A model generated the notes under the pieces. It saw only the letters and a list, made by a program, of their open reading frames with translations, was not told the origin of the DNA and did not search any database. This document shows, piece after piece, positions 60,923-64,000 of a stretch of 64,000 bases of DNA (position 1 is its first letter; the number at the start of each line of letters is the position of its first letter). The position numbers were made by a program, and so were the translations under genes. Source of the stretch: Antechinus flavipes (taxonomy: Eukaryota); NCBI RefSeq assembly GCF_016432865.1, contig NC_067401.1:2108001-2172000 (forward strand). The letters run 5' to 3'.

Positions 60923-61330
60923 ATTTGGGGTAGAGTTAGCTGTTAATTTATTTTGACTTAATGAGTGACACCTGAAGGAGTTTGAAGCCATCAGAAAAGC
61001 AGGGGTTGGGTGAGGGCCGCCTTCTTCGCTGACCATGGTGCTGAAAGGCAGACCTTGCAGCTGGAGCAGTGCAGCTTGGGTCTTTGTTCAGACCATTTCA
61101 GGACAGTGTCCAGGAAGTATCTTTCCATATTTCACTGATGGCTCATTGAGTGTTGTTTTTGTTTCTCCTTCCTAACAGTTAAAAGAAAAAGTCTCATCCT
61201 TAAATAATGAAGTAGCAGAGAGTCACAGAGAGCTGGAGAAGCTTCAGGCACTGCGTGAACGGGAGCATGAGGAAGAGACGAACCTGTTATCTCTGCTGCA
61301 GTCTGACATGAGCCATACCCAGCAGGAAAG
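17910..61330 (+). CDS. PCNT: Pericentrin, 5' portion: 23 coding exons, 6977 nt; incomplete at the 3' end
   Basis: N-terminus MEAVERDERRRKVEAGRAK|LAQFRQRKTK, plus LELEALRLSLSNMHTAQLELTQANL and ELEQLRLYFEQKL, match recalled PCNT. Exon sizes 256/56/175/112/147/152 equal recalled human exons 5/6/7/9/16/17. All junctions are GT-AG and phase-compatible. Confidence 0.96.
18345..18380 (+). promoter_or_regulatory. Tandem ETS/GABPA-type sites in PCNT intron 1
   Basis: CCGGAAGT and CCGGAAGC about 20 bp apart within the CpG island. Confidence 0.4.
20130..20330 (+). CDS. PCNT: PCNT exon 2 (LAQFRQRKTK...DAAEW)
   Basis: acceptor ctttcttgtgtag; donor TGG|gtaagc; 201 nt. Confidence 0.95.
21092..21232 (-). 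mobile_element. WSINE1-like tRNA-derived SINE with TSD
   Basis: gggcagctagg...gagttcaaatctggcctcagacacttaacacttcctagctgtgtg...poly(A); flanks tgaatttt(t)cc on both sides. Confidence 0.85.
22199..22381 (+). CDS. PCNT: PCNT exon 3 (DSGSFLGVDP...SQLQQ)
   Basis: acceptor tctttctctgtacag; donor CAG|gtagga; 183 nt; phase 0. Confidence 0.85.
23060..23845 (-). mobile_element. L1 3' fragment (ORF2 end plus 3'UTR)
   Basis: Colinear with the L1 copies at 40073-40819 and 48190-49915. Confidence 0.85.
23995..24185. mobile_element. Marsupial RTE/RTE-SINE-like fragment
   Basis: gttgtttg...gaagaggacc...gaattggatttaagtgaggg...gggtccagtggc resembles a recalled common marsupial repeat; family name uncertain. 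Confidence 0.4.
26695..26844 (+). CDS. PCNT: PCNT exon 4, AKAP9-like coiled coil (ELAMAVRERDKIIVRLSSNLQQAR...HQLQE)
   Basis: acceptor ccccttggtag; donor GAG|gtaatt; 150 nt; resembles recalled AKAP9 AIKQRDGIITQLTANLQQAR. Confidence 0.85.
26876..27017 (-). mobile_element. WSINE1-like SINE with TSD
   Basis: A box tggtgcagtgg and B box gagttcaaatc; TSD aacattttg(g)atttt at 26862-26875 and 27018-27031; TT/AAAA target. Confidence 0.88.
27555..27665. mobile_element. MIR/MAR1-type CORE SINE fragment
   Basis: acagaggaggaagctgaggcag...gacttgcccagagtc...agtaagtgtctgaggctggg. Confidence 0.7.
28895..29000. mobile_element. MIR/MAR1-type CORE SINE fragment
   Basis: Closely similar to 27555-27665. Confidence 0.7.
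30494..30685 (+). CDS. PCNT: PCNT exon 5 (NSELLRSK...AQDLETQIAANQQ)
   Basis: acceptor ggtgtttag; donor CAG|gtgagg; 192 nt open, phase 0. Confidence 0.78.
31555..33795 (+). CDS. PCNT: PCNT giant exon 6 (2241 nt, 747 aa, acidic, ending in coiled coil)
   Basis: Uninterrupted ORF; acceptor attttatttttaag; donor GAG|gtaggc; phase 0 at both ends. Confidence 0.88.
33894..33989 (+). CDS. PCNT: PCNT exon 7 (VEAMSEQMKEEL...GMIKQ)
   Basis: acceptor cttatttctag; donor CAG|gtattc; 96 nt after a 98-nt intron. Confidence 0.88.
36189..36365 (+). CDS. PCNT: PCNT exon 8 (IHERERDREIAEL...QLQAQ)
   Basis: acceptor ttttctctctcaag; donor CAG|gtaggc; 177 nt. Confidence 0.9.
37809..38064 (+). CDS. PCNT: PCNT exon 9 (equivalent to human exon 5)
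   Basis: 256 nt; TLHSLELEALRLSLSNMHTAQLELTQANL; donor G|gtatgg. Confidence 0.95.
38794..38849 (+). CDS. PCNT: PCNT exon 10
   Basis: 56 nt; acceptor ctcttatttcag; phase 1 to 0. Confidence 0.88.
39147..39321 (+). CDS. PCNT: PCNT exon 11 (TLKGDWDSEK...KAQAE)
   Basis: 175 nt; acceptor tttttccag; donor G|gtgggg. Confidence 0.92.
39885..40009 (+). CDS. PCNT: PCNT exon 12
   Basis: 125 nt; acceptor tcttctcctgcag; donor GAG|gtgggt. Confidence 0.9.
40073..40819 (-). mobile_element. 5'-truncated L1 insertion with poly(A) and a 14-bp TSD
   Basis: ORF2 C-terminus CIPFDPAVFLLGLYPKE...EWLGKLWYMNVMEYY; T-run 40073-40091; TSD cctggag(t/c)ctcttt at 40059-40072 and 40820-40833. Confidence 0.93.
41101..41132. 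repeat. (TG)n microsatellite
   Basis: Seen directly. Confidence 0.95.
41382..41493 (+). CDS. PCNT: PCNT exon 13 (LDTLQASYEELQAQSREEIQQLWSQLDS)
   Basis: 112 nt; donor G|gtgagt. Confidence 0.94.
41900..42170 (-). mobile_element. L2 remnant
   Basis: gagaagagagaagggggctcaggacagagccttgagggaccc, a typical antisense L2 segment. Confidence 0.55.
42428..42671 (+). CDS. PCNT: PCNT exon 14 (ELREQLLARASHVE...DSADV)
   Basis: 244 nt; ELEQLRLYFEQKL motif; donor AG|gtaaag; phase 1 to 2. Confidence 0.94.
42976..43063 (+). CDS. PCNT: PCNT exon 15
   Basis: 88 nt; acceptor ctcctttgtggcag; donor AAG|gtgagc; phase 2 to 0. Confidence 0.85.
44466..44649 (+). CDS. PCNT: PCNT exon 16 (EGIAHLKLQLEEKH...EHRK)
   Basis: 184 nt; acceptor tttgtccccgccag; donor G|gtaccc. 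Confidence 0.85.
45477..45715 (+). CDS. PCNT: PCNT exon 17
   Basis: 239 nt; acceptor ggtttcctgcag; donor AAA|gtgggt; phase 1 to 0. Confidence 0.88.
45860..46290 (-). mobile_element. L1 3'UTR remnant, GC-shifted
   Basis: Colinear with 23060-23360. Confidence 0.75.
47329..47777 (+). CDS. PCNT: PCNT exon 18 (KSCRLVEDHQKE...EDCALELQTSRA)
   Basis: 449 nt; donor AG|gttggt; EDCAL motif as in human. Confidence 0.92.
48190..49915 (-). mobile_element. L1 3' fragment with degenerate ORF2
   Basis: TPLRLAKM...KCWR...GTLIRCWW...CIPFDP...CPSIGE and RWGHDLDIKGD peptides. Confidence 0.9.
52188..53268 (+). CDS. PCNT: PCNT exon 19 (1081 nt; contains the 90-bp coding repeat)
   Basis: acceptor gttttatttag; FLEEQKEMTQKF...KHLSNLDSLESGYL; donor CAG|gtaagt. 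Confidence 0.95.
52321..52964 (+). repeat. Coding 90-bp tandem repeat, 7 full copies plus a partial copy
   Basis: ctgcaga(c/g)ccagcacc starts at 52321, 52411, 52501, 52591, 52681, 52771, 52861 and 52951. Confidence 0.97.
54319..54552 (+). CDS. PCNT: PCNT exon 20 (EDLQMALHNQR...QRERE)
   Basis: 234 nt; acceptor ccctcttgtag; donor GAG|gtgagc; coiled-coil composition. Confidence 0.85.
55950..56700 (+). mobile_element. L2 remnant
   Basis: Pyrimidine-rich L2-like body ending in cattagatcgtgagcttcccgagg. Confidence 0.5.
56940..57170 (-). mobile_element. Degenerate L1 remnant
   Basis: tttatcagttggaga shared with the L1 at about 49155. Confidence 0.45.
57240..57377 (+). CDS. PCNT: PCNT exon 21 (EDARAASAMQ...VAQLK)
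   Basis: 138 nt; acceptor cttgctcttgcag; donor AAG|gtagga. Confidence 0.82.
57897..58043 (+). CDS. PCNT: PCNT exon 22 (DKLEMEK...REKEALTSQLQEQSSLILQ)
   Basis: 147 nt; donor CAG|gtatgc. Confidence 0.9.
58880..59400 (+). mobile_element. L2 3' end followed by a MIR fragment
   Basis: actagactgagcgccttgagagcaaggac...ggcacatagtagg, then caagtcacttaac...gcctcagtttcctcatc. Confidence 0.7.
60846..60918. repeat. Compound (AG)n(GT)n microsatellite
   Basis: Seen directly. Confidence 0.95.
61179..61330 (+). CDS. PCNT: PCNT exon 23 (LKEKVSSLNNE...NLLSLLQSDM)
   Basis: 152 nt; acceptor ctccttcctaacag; donor AG|gtaagt. Confidence 0.93.
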
Positions 61331-61594
61331 GTAAGTATTTCTGTGTCAGGCAGTGTAGGAGGTCGTCCAAGACTTACCCCTGTCAGTTTTGAGGCCCGTT
61401 ACAGAAAAGACTGAAGCTTTTGATGGAGCTGGTGGGAATTCTAGGCTTTCTAGCCATTGTTCTACTTCTGTCTTTAGTTTGGACGCTAAATGGATCGTGG
61501 TTCACACATTAAATAAAGAGTGAAAAGGACTGATGGTCCTTTTTTTCCAAGAAGCTTATTTTTGAAATAGGGCGTCGTTGTTTGCACATTGGCT

Positions 61595-61705
61595 GTCCCA
61601 TCAGATTGTAAGCTCCTCGAGGGCAGGGACCGTTCTCTGCTCTTTGTATTCCTAGTGCTTTTCAGAGGACCTGGCACGGCTGAGTTGCTTATTAAATGTT
61701 GACAG
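61595..61705 (+). mobile_element. L2 3' tail
   Basis: agattgtaagctcctcgagggcagggacc...gcttattaaatgttga; a similar tail lies at 60170-60280. Confidence 0.65.
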
Positions 61706-64000
61706 AGGACGGAACTGCTCATTTCTACAGAGAAACAGACAGCAGACCCTTGTTCTAAGATTAGACATAAGAGCTGAAAGCTAGGTCAATGCGGATGGTC
61801 TGTAACACGTGATTGGAGCGGTGGAGGCTTCACAGAACATGGCCTCTTGTGAACCTTCCCTTGCTCTCCTTATCGCTGAGTTCCCCCCCGCCTCACATCT
61901 CGCACCTTTTGACACCATCATTCTCTCTGTTCTTTTCTCCGTCCAGGGGTCACGGTCATCATCTTTGTGTCCATTAGCTCTTCTCCTTGCTCTCTTCTTA
62001 TCCCCCAGGGGTCAGCCCAATTTGTCACTCTGATCATGGGGGAACCTGGAGAGTCAATGGGGCCCAGAAGAAGGAAAAAGTGGTGCATTTTCTCTCTGAC
62101 ATTGGCAGTGGGAGATTCCGCCCCCAAGGAAATTACCTCCCCTCTTGGAGCTTCATTTGGCTCTTCTATAAAATGGAGATAACGTTGCCTCAATTACTTA
62201 GCTCCTAAGCTTATAGGAAAAGCAGAAAAGCCTCCCTGTTCTAGACCTTTGGTGATCATTCCACAGCTTCAAGGGCTGGGAGGATGACACTGGACTTTTT
62301 AAATGAATATCCCAGAATGCCACTCTTCAGACATGTGCTCCAGACCCAGTGAGACTTTTTCCTGCCACACAACAGGCGGGGAGTCCCTGACTCACCCTTT
62401 AAAGGAGATGTTTTAACAATGATAAACATGGCTCCTGTGAAATGATTTCACAAGCTGCAGCTGTCCAGACTTTTTAAGGCCTCCCATAGCCTCTCTCTGC
62501 CGTTTGCCCCAAGTGGTGCGGCACTCAGAGAGCCCGGAATCAGCCCGCCTGCTACGGTGCCAGCCGAACCAGAAGGCAGAGCTGCCAGCGGCCTGCAGAG
62601 ACAACAGACTGCCCAGACCAACCCTTCTAAAATCTCTGGCTGTTCAGAGAATGGCTCTCCCCAGTTCGATAAGAGTGAGAGCTTAGAGGCCAGGGTGATG
62701 CCCAGGGCCCGTGTCTCAAGTCAGCTTTGACCTTTTAGTGACTGCCCAGGGGTGACAAGGAAGGAGGATCGCGGATGATATTGCTCAGAGGGTGATATTC
62801 TCTAGTGCCCCCTGGCAGACTGGGTGGGTTGTGAGGTTCCTTCTGGACAGACCTCCATCTCTGGGCAGGAATAGATGCCATCAGCCTCGGAGGCCCCGGC
62901 TTGGTGGCCCTGGCTTGGTGGCCAGTGTCCTTGGAATACTCCGTGGCACTGTTCCTAGCAACCTTCAGGGTTCCACGAGCAGAAGCCAGGGTGTCACAGA
63001 AGCCCCTGGGAATGGCACTCGGGAGATGCTGAAAGCAGTGCCCAGAGCTAGCCTCTTGCCCCGTTCGTGTTCTCATTCCCCACAGTAAACTTGGTGGATG
63101 TAAGTGAACCGTGCTAGGAAGTCTGTTGTCTCTGCAGGCCGTTGGTAGCTCTGCCTTCTGGCTCGGCTGACTCCGGCCTCTCTGAGTGCCAGCTGGGAGA
63201 CTGGCCCTTGGGGCAGCCACAGGGAGAGGCTGTTCGCCACGGCTGGGCCGTCGTCTGGAAGAAGCCACGGCTTTTAGAGAACGTGCTCTGAAGTTGGGAT
63301 GTGGCTTTGTCTTGCCCGATGTGTGACCGCGAAGCCAGGGCCTGATGTGGGGGGCCCCAAGGCCCCTTGTGGAGCTTATGTGCATTTTAGGGCTCTTGTT
63401 TGTTGGTGTCTCGTTGCTTTGGTTTGGGTATCTCATGAAGACGTGAGATATTTTAGCTTCCCTGCAATAACGACGTCACTAAAGGAGATCGGTTTGTTGT
63501 GTTCGATGCACGTCCTCTGTAGAGTGTTAGGGATCTCAAGGTTTCCTCTGTTTCCAGTTGTCAGGGCCTCACTTGATTTTTCTGAGATTCCTCATCATTG
63601 TCGAAAGCTTTCATGGAGGAAATAGAATGTGGCCTGGGCTGGGAAGCTTGAAGACAAAGAGCGATTTGGAAATCCCCTACTCTCCTTGCCTGTGCCTTTA
63701 GCTGACAGCCATTACTGGCCTGCCCGTCTCCATGCAGGGGCTGGTGTTCTCAGGCCTCCCAGGTTAGGAGGAGAGGGAGGTCTGCCCAGGAGAAGATGTC
63801 ACCCGTTCCTGAGCCCCGAGCCCTCCTCTCTTTCTAGTCCTTCTTTCCCATGTGGCATCTCCTTCCATCCTCTGTCCTCGTTTTGTCATCTGCTCGCTTT
63901 GTGGTGTCGGCATTGGACAGGAGGGCCAGGAGTGTCTTGTACCTCAGAGAGCCCATCTGGGAGAACCGATTAAGGGCTAGAGGCCCAAGAAACCGTCGAA

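Noticed and set aside
62735-63436. 233-aa minus-strand ORF
   Set aside because: GC-rich with no recognisable domain; its shared peptide QKAELPxACRDNRLP simply reflects the inverted repeat

Overview
This is eukaryotic genomic DNA, not prokaryotic. The SINE/LINE content (WSINE1-like, MAR1/MIR, marsupial L1 3' ends, L2) points to an Australian marsupial, probably a dasyurid. Two spliced genes lie head to head, matching the human C21orf58-PCNT synteny. (1) A C21orf58 ortholog on the minus strand has 7 coding exons from ATG 12510 to a stop at 1444 (276 aa), with a possible alternative last exon at 1265-1220; its very GC-rich introns are full of minisatellites. (2) The 5' part of pericentrin (PCNT) on the plus strand starts at ATG 17910, with 23 coding exons reconstructed to 61330 (6977 nt, phase-consistent GT-AG junctions); the gene continues beyond the window. 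The main departures from human PCNT are an AKAP9-like N-terminal block including a 2241-nt exon, a 7-copy 90-bp coding repeat with His-containing 15-residue periodicity, and two extra coiled-coil exons. Other observations: an unexplained 335-codon antisense ORF in a PCNT intron, a near-perfect 79-bp direct repeat flanking an exon, an intronic inverted repeat, an AT island with a 21-bp direct repeat, and a CDE/CHR + NF-Y + E2F promoter. Human and AKAP9 comparisons come from recalled sequences and need alignment checks. Most short ORFs in the track are artefacts of GC richness or repeats. There is a 298-N assembly gap.
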